From an uncultured Planctomycetia bacterium (GTDB lineage: Bacteria; Omnitrophota; Gorgyraeia; 2-02-FULL-51-18), in the NCBI GenBank assembly GCA_964642015.1, contig CAZXLF010000001.1, forward strand, positions 43,946 to 107,945: 64,000 nucleotides of DNA, in the 5' to 3' direction. Made by a program: the position numbers and the translations under genes. The notes under the pieces are model-generated. The model did no database searches and was not told the DNA's origin. It saw nothing but the letters and a program-made list of their open reading frames with translations. Positions 48,384 to 55,791 of this stretch are shown here, piece by piece. The number at the start of each line of letters is the position of its first letter. Positions within the stretch are counted from its first letter, which is position 1.

Positions 48384-48392
48384 GGCCTTTCC

Positions 48393-48421
48393 TTTACAAA
48401 CCAAACCGAGTGACCTATAAT
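48393..48421 (+). promoter_or_regulatory. Sigma70-like promoter for plus-strand nuo operon: TTTACA -17 bp- TATAAT
   Basis: TTTACA at 48393-48398 and TATAAT at 48416-48421, separated by a 17-bp spacer. It lies 50 nt upstream of the nuoA ATG. Confidence 0.5.
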
Positions 48422-48430
48422 GCCTCTTTT

Positions 48431-48439
48431 TGCTATAAT
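48431..48439 (+). promoter_or_regulatory. Second, extended -10 element TGcTATAAT upstream of nuoA
   Basis: TG at 48431-48432 and TATAAT at 48434-48439. The SD AGGGGAC lies 5-11 nt before the ATG at 48472. Confidence 0.4.
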
Positions 48440-48471
48440 AGTTCTTGTAATAGATTATTTTCAGGGGACTT

Positions 48472-48849
48472 ATGGAACAGCCCGGCGAATATCTAGGTTT
48501 GCTTGTCACTTTCCTCATCGCGGTGAGCATCGCGGCGCTCATTATTTTTCTAAACGGGCTATTAGGTCCAAAAAACAAATCTTCTAAAAGTAAATCCGAG
48601 CCTTTTGAATGCGGTGTCGCACCCGTAGATTCGGGACGCAACCAGCCTGCCGGATTTTCGGTAAAATTCTATCTGATCGCAATGTTCTTTATCCTTTTTG
48701 ATGTCGAGATCGTCTGGCTTTTTCCATGGGCGGTCATCCTAAGAGAATTGAAATGGATTGGCATCATTGAAATGTTCTCATTTCTCGCGGTACTCGCCCT
48801 TGGATTTATTTACGCGTGGAAGAAGGGAGCGCTAGAATGGGAAAAATAA
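48472..48849 (+). CDS. nuoA: NADH-quinone oxidoreductase subunit A (second paralog)
   Basis: NuoA motif FYLIAMFFILFDVEIVWLFPWA. Confidence 0.85.
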   Translation: MEQPGEYLGLLVTFLIAVSIAALIIFLNGLLGPKNKSSKSKSEPFECGVAPVDSGRNQPAGFSVKFYLIAMFFILFDVEIVWLFPWAVILRELKWIGIIEMFSFLAVLALGFIYAWKKGALEWEK

Positions 48850-49340
48850 CCGCTCCTCCTCCGCCGAATACCCAGCCCAATTTAGAAAAATTCAATTTCA
48901 TGACAACATCTTTGAATGAGGCGATCGGATGGGCAAGAAAATTTTCCATCTTTCAATACCCTTTTGTCACGGCTTGCTGCGGCATGGAGTACATGGCGAC
49001 GGCCTGCTCGCATTATGACGTCGACCGTTTTGGAGCGGGATTCCCGCGTTTTTCACCGAGGCAGTCCGACGTGCTTTTTGTTGTCGGCACTATCAGTCAT
49101 AAGATGGCGCCGGTCTTAAAAAAAGTTTATGAACAAATGTGCGAGCCAAAATGGGTCGTTGCGTTCGGCGTCTGTACCTGCACCGGCGGATTTTATGATA
49201 ATTATGCGACCGTGATGGGGATCGATACCATTATTCCGGTGGATATTTATATTCCCGGATGTCCGCCGCGTCCTGAAAATGTGATGGACGGTCTGATGAA
49301 ACTTCAGGCGAAGATCCAGGCGCAGAAGCAAGAGGTTTAA
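48837..49340 (+). CDS. nuoB: NADH-quinone oxidoreductase subunit B (second paralog)
   Basis: CCGMEYMA ... GVCTCTGG ... PGCPPRP. The ORF track starts at 48816. An ATG at 48837 preceded by SD AGGGAG is more likely, though the start is uncertain. Confidence 0.8.
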   Translation: MGKITAPPPPNTQPNLEKFNFMTTSLNEAIGWARKFSIFQYPFVTACCGMEYMATACSHYDVDRFGAGFPRFSPRQSDVLFVVGTISHKMAPVLKKVYEQMCEPKWVVAFGVCTCTGGFYDNYATVMGIDTIIPVDIYIPGCPPRPENVMDGLMKLQAKIQAQKQEV

Positions 49341-49832
49341 ATGGCTGATATTTCATTAGCGGAACGGATCAAAGGTAGATTTCCCAATCTTATTCTCGAA
49401 ACGAAGGAGAATAAAGGCGATCAGATGATCGTTATCAGAAAAGAAGGGATTAAAGACATCGCGACTGTATTGAAGAATGATCCGAACTATCAATTCAACG
49501 TGCTGATGGATCTGACCGCGGTCGATTATCTGCATTGGGAGGAGAAAGAAGATCGATTCGAGGTCATTTACAATCTTTTTTCTGTTCCAAAAAATATTCG
49601 TTTATTTATCAAAGCACTTGTAAAGGAAGAAGAGGCCGAGATCGATTCGGTGGCTTCTATTTGGCCGGCTGCGGATTGGTTTGAACGCGAGGTGTGGGAC
49701 ATGTTCGGCATCCGCTTTAAAGGGCATCCTAATCTTAAGCGTATCCTGATGTATGAGGAATTTACAGGTCACGCGCTAAGAAAAGATTATCCATATAACA
49801 AAAGGCAGCCTCTTGTGGGGCCGGTAAACTAA
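49341..49832 (+). CDS. nuoC: NADH-quinone oxidoreductase subunit C
   Basis: DWFEREVWDMFGIRFKGHPNLKRIL. Confidence 0.85.
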   Translation: MADISLAERIKGRFPNLILETKENKGDQMIVIRKEGIKDIATVLKNDPNYQFNVLMDLTAVDYLHWEEKEDRFEVIYNLFSVPKNIRLFIKALVKEEEAEIDSVASIWPAADWFEREVWDMFGIRFKGHPNLKRILMYEEFTGHALRKDYPYNKRQPLVGPVN

Positions 49833-50863
49833 TGAGCACCAGGGCACCAGAGCAACAGAGCGCCAGAAGGTTTGAAGGCCAATCATCGAATTTTTGTCGT
49901 TTTTTTCGTTCAGGAGCTTTGACTTTTCTGATTTTTTGGTGTTCTGGTTTTCTAATGCTCTGGTGCTCTAATTCTGCGTTTGCAGCCCGGGCGGATAAGA
50001 AAAATTTTCTGCAGGAAGCGGACGAGGCCTATCGCGAAGGCAGCGTCAATCAGTCCGTAGGTCTTTATCAAAAAGCGCTCGACGCTAATCCGCAAAATGC
50101 CGCAGCGGCCCAAAGTCTCGGTGTTACTTATGCCGAGCAAGGCGAGTGGGACAATGCGATCGACAATTTACAAAAGTCGCTGGCGATCAATCCGAAGAAT
50201 CCCGAGGTTTATATCGATCTGTCGCTGGCTTATGCTGAAAAGAAGGATTTTCAGAAATCTGTCAGTTATGCGCAAAAAGCCGTGGATATCGCGCCGAAAA
50301 GAGCGGATTCTTATTTGACATTGGGTTTAGCTTACGAAGGATTGGGCAATAATAAAAGTGCGCTAGAAACCTATCAGCAGGGGATCGAGGCCAATCCTAA
50401 GAGTTCCGACCTTTATCTGACGATGGGCAATCTTTACGGTAAACAAGGTCTCTTTGACAGCGCGATCAAGGCGTATAAATCCGCGATCGCGAAAAATCCG
50501 AAAGACACATTCGCTTATTCCAACCTGGCTTATGCCTATGAAGCCAAAAAAGATCTAAAGAGCGCGATCGATGCGCTTACGCAAGGTGTTCAGGCGAATT
50601 CCGATGATGCGGTGCTTTGGTATGATCTCGGCGACGCTTACGGAAAAGCTGGAAATACGGCAAAAGCGATAGAAAATTACAAGAAAAGTTTCGACATGAA
50701 TCCGCAATCTTACAAAACTTGTGTCAGTTTGGCGATGGCCTATGAAAAACAGAGGAATCTGGAAAAGGCGGCCGAATATTATGTCAAAGCAATGGGCTTG
50801 ACGAATGACCCGAAATTAAAAGAAGCGATCTTAAGACAGATAAGCCGTACGAATAATAAGTAA
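49832..50863 (+). CDS. TPR-repeat protein inserted between nuoC and nuoD (N-terminal hydrophobic segment; true start uncertain)
   Basis: Nine or more 34-residue TPR units (e.g. AYAEQGEWDNAIDNLQKSLAINPKNPEVY). taATG overlaps at both ends (49830-49834 and 50861-50865) indicate translational coupling. The 5' 140 nt overlap an inverted-repeat element, so the start may be an internal TTG at 49919 or ATG at 49955. Confidence 0.7.
   Translation: MSTRAPEQQSARRFEGQSSNFCRFFRSGALTFLIFWCSGFLMLWCSNSAFAARADKKNFLQEADEAYREGSVNQSVGLYQKALDANPQNAAAAQSLGVTYAEQGEWDNAIDNLQKSLAINPKNPEVYIDLSLAYAEKKDFQKSVSYAQKAVDIAPKRADSYLTLGLAYEGLGNNKSALETYQQGIEANPKSSDLYLTMGNLYGKQGLFDSAIKAYKSAIAKNPKDTFAYSNLAYAYEAKKDLKSAIDALTQGVQANSDDAVLWYDLGDAYGKAGNTAKAIENYKKSFDMNPQSYKTCVSLAMAYEKQRNLEKAAEYYVKAMGLTNDPKLKEAILRQISRTNNK
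49835..49978. repeat. Inverted repeat built from tandem 8-mers: (RGCRMCAG)x4 at 49835-49866 versus complementary (YTCTGGTG-like)x4 at 49938-49978
   Basis: The forward arm is agcaccag ggcaccag agcaacag agcgccag. The arm gctctggtgctc (49958-49969) is the exact reverse complement of gagcaccagagc. Confidence 0.5.
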
Positions 50864-52215
50864 TGGGAAAACCTTTAGCTCCGCATTTAAAAGCGACCGA
50901 GTCGCGGTCGATGTTATTGAATATCGGCCCGTCGCACCCGGCGATGCATGGCATTGTACGCATCATCACTGAATTGGACGGTGAGACCGTCGTCGATGCC
51001 GATGTAGAAATAGGTTATCTTCATCGCGCATTCGAGAAGATGTGCGAACAAGGCCCTTACAACAACGCAATCCCTTATACTGACCGCCTGAATTATGTGT
51101 CTCCTCTGATCAATAATATCGGCTACTGCATGGCTGTCGAGAAACTCCTTGGGATCGAGACGACGGAGCGTTGCAAATATATCCGTGTGATCATGAGCGA
51201 AGTATCGCGCATCACGGATCATTTGACTTGCATCGGCGCATCTGCAATGGAACTTGGCGCGTTCACGGTTTTCCTTTATATGATCAAAGCCAGAGAATTT
51301 CTTTACGAACTGATCGATGATGTGACCGGCGCGCGTTTGACCATCTCCTATGCGCGGGTGGGAGGTCTTAAATCAGACCTGCCGGATGGCTTTGAGGAGA
51401 AGTTATTAAAAGCCATTGGCGAGACACGCGGTATATTAAAGGAAGTTGAAGGACTTTTGAATAAAAACCGCATCTTTGTTGACCGTATGAAGGATGTTGG
51501 CGTGATATCCAAGGAGGATGCGCTGGCTTACTCGATCACCGGGCCTTTTTTGCGTTCAACAGGTGTTGATTATGACGTCCGGAAATCGCAGCCGTATCTT
51601 GTGTATGATCAATTGGATTTTGATATCCCGGTTGGTGAGCACGGTGATAATCTCGACCGTTATTATGTTCGTATGGAAGAAATGGTCCAGAGCATGCGGA
51701 TCATTGAGCAGGCCATTCAGAAAATGCCGAAAGGCGCTATTTTGGTGGACGAAAAGGGGCGGACGATCCCCGCGGCTTTGATGGTCGACGAAGCCAAAAT
51801 GGGCCAGACGGAAGGATTTAAAAGTTTAAAGGTTGATCTTGATCCGACATTGGAAGGTTCGACAAAAAGTTACCACGATAACGTTTACGCGAAAGAAAAG
51901 AATGTTTCGCTTCCGGCAAAAGAAGACGCTTACGGCAATATCGAGGGGTTGATGAATCATTTCAAGCTCGTGATGTATGGGCACGGCATTAAACCGCCGA
52001 AAGGCGAAGCGTATTTTCCGGTGGAAGGTGCTAATGGTGAGCTTGGATTTTATATTGTGAGCGACGGCACTGAGAGACCATACCGCGTGCGTGTACGTCC
52101 GCCTTGTTTTCCGATCGTCGCGGCTTTGCCGGTGATGCTGAAGGGAGACATGGTTGCGGATATTGTCCCGACATTCGGGTCAGTCAATATGATCGGCGGG
52201 GAATTAGACCGGTGA
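50863..52215 (+). CDS. nuoD: NADH-quinone oxidoreductase subunit D
   Basis: LNIGPSHPAMHGIVRI ... RLNYVSPL ... VTGARLTISY. Confidence 0.9.
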   Translation: MGKPLAPHLKATESRSMLLNIGPSHPAMHGIVRIITELDGETVVDADVEIGYLHRAFEKMCEQGPYNNAIPYTDRLNYVSPLINNIGYCMAVEKLLGIETTERCKYIRVIMSEVSRITDHLTCIGASAMELGAFTVFLYMIKAREFLYELIDDVTGARLTISYARVGGLKSDLPDGFEEKLLKAIGETRGILKEVEGLLNKNRIFVDRMKDVGVISKEDALAYSITGPFLRSTGVDYDVRKSQPYLVYDQLDFDIPVGEHGDNLDRYYVRMEEMVQSMRIIEQAIQKMPKGAILVDEKGRTIPAALMVDEAKMGQTEGFKSLKVDLDPTLEGSTKSYHDNVYAKEKNVSLPAKEDAYGNIEGLMNHFKLVMYGHGIKPPKGEAYFPVEGANGELGFYIVSDGTERPYRVRVRPPCFPIVAALPVMLKGDMVADIVPTFGSVNMIGGELDR

Positions 52216-52259
52216 GCGGTTTTTGGTTAGTGGTTTGCGCAAACCGAACACCGAACACC
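52216..52259. repeat. nuoD-nuoE intergenic element containing a perfect 14-bp palindrome GGTTTGCGCAAACC (52232-52245)
   Basis: Read directly from the sequence. The palindrome is flanked by ggtttttggttagt and gaacaccgaacacc. Confidence 0.5.
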
Positions 52260-52274
52260 TAAAACAAAATCTTT

Positions 52275-52748
52275 ATGGATAAAGACATTTTTAAGCAATT
52301 GGACAAGGAAGCTCAGTTAATTGTTGCCAAGTATGACAAAAAACACGCAGCTGTTTTGACTTTGCTTCATCTGGCGCAGGATAGAGTCGGCTATGTGACG
52401 CCCGAAATCGAGGCATGGGTATCACAGTGGACCGAAGTTCCGGTCGTGCATGTGCGGGAAGTCGTGACCTTTTATTCGATGTATCACAAGAAGCCTGTCG
52501 GCAGGCACCATATTCGTTTTTGCACGACGACCAGCTGCATGCTAATGGGCGGTGAAAAGGTTCTGGAGCATTTGAAAAAGAAGATCGGCGTTGAGAATGG
52601 GCAGACGACCGCTGACGGAAAAATATCTCTGGAAGAGGTCGAATGTCTCTGCGCCTGCGAAGCGGCACCCATGATGCAAGTGAATGATAAATATTATGGC
52701 GATTTGAGTGAGAAAAAAATAGATGAGCTTATTGATAAACTTAAGTAG
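52275..52748 (+). CDS. nuoE: NADH-quinone oxidoreductase subunit E (Trx-like [2Fe-2S])
   Basis: Cys motifs CTTTSC ... CLCACEAAP. Confidence 0.85.
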   Translation: MDKDIFKQLDKEAQLIVAKYDKKHAAVLTLLHLAQDRVGYVTPEIEAWVSQWTEVPVVHVREVVTFYSMYHKKPVGRHHIRFCTTTSCMLMGGEKVLEHLKKKIGVENGQTTADGKISLEEVECLCACEAAPMMQVNDKYYGDLSEKKIDELIDKLK

Positions 52749-52815
52749 TGTGCCAGCACACCAACGCACCAGGCACCAGTTAGTTTTTTCCGGTGCTCTA
52801 GTGCTCAGGTGCTCA
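52749..52815. repeat. nuoE-nuoF junction hairpin: (GCACCAG-type)x3-4 arm, 12-nt loop, (GGTGCTCN)x3 arm
   Basis: tgtgccagcacaccaacgcaccaggcaccag / ttagttttttcc / ggtgctctagtgctcaggtgctca. The 3' arm overlaps the nuoF GTG start region. Confidence 0.5.
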
Positions 52816-54119
52816 TAGCGAAACTTATGAAAGAACCCATTTTATCCCGCAATTTCAATATTCCCGATTCGTGGAAGATAGGTATTGCCGAAAACAGAGG
52901 CGCTTACCAAACGGCCAAAAAAGTCGTCACGACAATGAGGCCGGATGAAGTGACCGCTGCGGTTTTGGCGTCTAATCTTCGCGGGCTTGGCGGAGCCGGA
53001 TTTCCTACGGGAAAGAAGTGGCAGTTCTTACCCAAGGACAATAAGAAGCCCGTTTATCTTGTGATCAACGCCGATGAAGGCGAGCCAGGGACTTTTAAAG
53101 ACAGGTATATTCTCGAACGCGACCCGCATCAACTGATCGAGGGGATCATTATCAGCGCTTTTGCGATCGGTTCGCATAAATCCTATATTTATATCCGCGG
53201 GGAATACGTCGAGCCCTGTCGGCGCTTGCAGGCGGCCGTCGATGAGGCTTATGCGAAAAATTATCTGGGAAAAAACATTTTTGGAAACTCTTATGCTTTG
53301 GATCTTGTCGTTCACCGTGGTGCGGGCGCGTATATCTGCGGAGAGGAGACCGCGCTTTTGGAATCTCTCGAAGGTAAACGAGGACTCCCGCGTCTTAAAC
53401 CGCCATTCCCGGCGATTGTCGGCCTTTTTGGATGTCCGACGATCATCAATAACGTCGAGACGATGGCTTGTGTCCCTCATATTTTAAAGAATGGTGCTGA
53501 GTGGTTCGCAAAGCTGGGCAGCGCCGGAAACGGCGGCACGCATTTATTTAGCATCTCGGGTCATGTGAAGAAACCCGGTGTTTATGAACTCCCGATGGGC
53601 ACGCCGCTTCGCGAGATGATCTATACGCATGCCGGAGGGATTCGCGACGGCCATACACTTAAGGCGGTGATTCCCGGAGGTATTTCGGCGAAGATCCTGA
53701 CCGCAAATGAGATCGACGTAAAAATGGATTACGATTCACTTCGAGCGATAGGTACCATGCTTGGTTCCGCCGGCGTGATCGTGATGGATGAGACAACTTC
53801 GATGGTCAAGGCGCTTCTTGTTGCTTGTAAATTTTTCGCGCACGAATCCTGCGGGCAATGCTCTCCTTGCCGCGAAGGCACCGGCTGGGCTTATAAGATC
53901 GTTCAGCGTGTTTATAACGGCGAAGGCAGTTTAAAAGACCTTGAAACACTTTTGACGATCGCACGGAATATGGAAGGACGCACGATCTGCGTTTTTGCGG
54001 ATGCTGCCGCATGGCCGATACAGAGCTACATCACGAAATTCAGAAGCGAATTCGAAGAATACATAAAAAATAAAAAGGGAGCACCAGATCACCAGGCACT
54101 CGAACACCATACGATATAA
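52809..54119 (+). CDS. nuoF: NADH-quinone oxidoreductase subunit F (FMN, NADH-binding, [4Fe-4S])
   Basis: GGAGFPTGKKW and CGQCSPCREGTGW. There is a GTG start at 52809, with an alternative ATG at 52827. Confidence 0.9.
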   Translation: MLIAKLMKEPILSRNFNIPDSWKIGIAENRGAYQTAKKVVTTMRPDEVTAAVLASNLRGLGGAGFPTGKKWQFLPKDNKKPVYLVINADEGEPGTFKDRYILERDPHQLIEGIIISAFAIGSHKSYIYIRGEYVEPCRRLQAAVDEAYAKNYLGKNIFGNSYALDLVVHRGAGAYICGEETALLESLEGKRGLPRLKPPFPAIVGLFGCPTIINNVETMACVPHILKNGAEWFAKLGSAGNGGTHLFSISGHVKKPGVYELPMGTPLREMIYTHAGGIRDGHTLKAVIPGGISAKILTANEIDVKMDYDSLRAIGTMLGSAGVIVMDETTSMVKALLVACKFFAHESCGQCSPCREGTGWAYKIVQRVYNGEGSLKDLETLLTIARNMEGRTICVFADAAAWPIQSYITKFRSEFEEYIKNKKGAPDHQALEHHTI

Positions 54120-54147
54120 TATTTGGTGTTCTGGCGCGCTAGTGCCA
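54081..54147. repeat. nuoF-nuoG junction hairpin of the same GCACCAG/CTGGTGC family
   Basis: The 5' arm gcaccagatcaccaggcactcgaacacca lies inside the last 13 nuoF codons. The loop atacgatataatattt follows, then the 3' arm ggtgttctggcgcgctagtgcca. Confidence 0.5.
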
Positions 54148-54162
54148 AGCGCTCATTAGAAG

Positions 54163-55788
54163 ATGGTTAATATTTCGATAGATGGAAAATCGTACACCGT
54201 TAAAGACGGGATCACGATCATCGAGGCGATTGATCAGATAAAATCCGATCTTCCGCGTTATTGCTACCATCCCGGCCTGTCGATTGCGGGAAATTGTCGT
54301 ATCTGCCAGGTGGAAGTGGAAAAAATGCCGCGCACTGTGATTGCGTGCAATACGCGCGTCGCCGAAGGTATGGCAATCCATACGAATTCCCCTAAAGCGA
54401 AAGAATCCCAACAGGTTGTTTTGGAATTCCTTCTCGCGAACCACCCGCTTGATTGTCCCGTCTGCGATCAGGCTGGTGAGTGTAAGCTTCAGGATTACTA
54501 CATGGACTACGGTCTTTACGATCCAAAATTCAATGAAGAGAAGGTCAAGAAAACAAAAAAAGCTTTTTCTATCGGCCCGACAGTGATGCTGGATCAGGAA
54601 CGCTGTATTTTATGTTCGCGCTGCGTGCGTTTCGGAGATGAAATAACGAAGACGCATGATTTCGGCATTTTTAACAGAGGTGATCACGCCGAGATCAATA
54701 TTTATCCTGGGGCGGAATTGAACAATAAATATTCCGGCAATGTCGTGGATATTTGCCCGGTCGGCGCACTCACCGACAAAGATTTCCGTTTCAAGATGCG
54801 TGTTTGGTATCTGGGTTCGACGGAGTCGATCTGTCCGGGCTGTTCACGCGGCTGCAATATCAATATCGAATATGAAAAATCAAGGCCTTACCATTTGAAG
54901 AACGATCGCGTGATGCGTCTTAAGCCTCGTGAGAATCAAGAGGTGAATAAATGGTGGATCTGCGATGAAGGTCGTTATGCTTATAAATCCATTGATCAGA
55001 ACCGGTTAAAAAAAATATCCGGAGCTTCCTGGACTGAGACGCTTTTAAAGATCGCTTCTCTGATAAAAAATGACAAGGCACCGAATTCCTGGGGACTTCT
55101 GGCATCCACTCAGAATACGAACGAAGAACTTTATTTGGTCAAAAAAATCTTCAAGGATGCTTTAAAATGGAAAAATATAGCGTTCAAAACCTCTCTTTCA
55201 GACGGCTATGAAGATAATTTTTTGATCAAGAAAGATAAAAATCCCAATTCGACCGGTGCCTCCAAGATCCTGGGACTCGGCAAAGAATCCGAAGATATTG
55301 CTTTGGTGATCGAGAAAGCGAAACGAGGTGAGCTGGAAGGGCTTTTTATTTTTCATCATGATATCGCAAAGCTTTTTGGCAGCGAAACTCTAACAACGAT
55401 ACGCCAGAAAGTTAAGACGATCATTTACGAAGGATCTAACGAAAATCCGACGGCTACCCTGGCTGATCTTGTGTTGCCCAGCGCCTCTTATGCTGAAAAA
55501 GAGGGTACGTTTACGAATTTTGAGGGAAGGATCCAGCGGATACGAAAGGCGTTTGAGCCGCTTGGTCAATCAAGGCCCACTTGGCAAGTTCTCCTTGAGC
55601 TTGGGATCCATTTAGGGCTTACATTTACGCATGAAAAGCCAGAAAGTATTTTCATGGCTCTTGCCAAAGAAAATGAGGCTTTCCAAGATCTTAATTATAG
55701 GAAGATAGCAGACAAAGGCATTCTCTGGCATTCCGCAAATTCGCATAAGAGCGTGGCGGATGCTTTAGCTATGAGTTCATCCGGATAA
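54163..55788 (+). CDS. nuoG: NADH-quinone oxidoreductase subunit G (short 541-aa form)
   Basis: N-terminal 2Fe-2S CYHPGLSIAGNCRICQVEV, then HPLDCPVCDQAGECKLQ and the 4Fe-4S cluster CILCSRCVRF. Confidence 0.85.
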   Translation: MVNISIDGKSYTVKDGITIIEAIDQIKSDLPRYCYHPGLSIAGNCRICQVEVEKMPRTVIACNTRVAEGMAIHTNSPKAKESQQVVLEFLLANHPLDCPVCDQAGECKLQDYYMDYGLYDPKFNEEKVKKTKKAFSIGPTVMLDQERCILCSRCVRFGDEITKTHDFGIFNRGDHAEINIYPGAELNNKYSGNVVDICPVGALTDKDFRFKMRVWYLGSTESICPGCSRGCNINIEYEKSRPYHLKNDRVMRLKPRENQEVNKWWICDEGRYAYKSIDQNRLKKISGASWTETLLKIASLIKNDKAPNSWGLLASTQNTNEELYLVKKIFKDALKWKNIAFKTSLSDGYEDNFLIKKDKNPNSTGASKILGLGKESEDIALVIEKAKRGELEGLFIFHHDIAKLFGSETLTTIRQKVKTIIYEGSNENPTATLADLVLPSASYAEKEGTFTNFEGRIQRIRKAFEPLGQSRPTWQVLLELGIHLGLTFTHEKPESIFMALAKENEAFQDLNYRKIADKGILWHSANSHKSVADALAMSSSG

Positions 55789-55791
55789 ATT

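Noticed and set aside
6240-48383. The GARLA recurrence as a DNA-level tandem repeat, assembly artefact or concatenation artefact
   Set aside because: The 35 copies use many different synonymous codons for Arg and Leu, and the flanking DNA is unrelated. Spacing is irregular and every interval encodes a different domain. The reading frame is maintained over 42 kb.
6240-48383. Inteins or Rhs/VENN/DPxGL-type polymorphic-toxin junction motifs as an explanation for the module boundaries
   Set aside because: No Cys/Ser...His-Asn intein splice-junction pattern. No VENN, DPxGL, PAAR or RHS repeat signatures flank the boundaries.
6186-48641. Numerous antisense and out-of-frame ORFs inside the giant gene (e.g. 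6186-6476 -, 12060-12467 -, 18699-19187 -, 40530-41126 -, 47976-48641 -)
   Set aside because: They are shadow ORFs fully embedded in the continuous + strand frame. None has recognisable motifs or RBS context.
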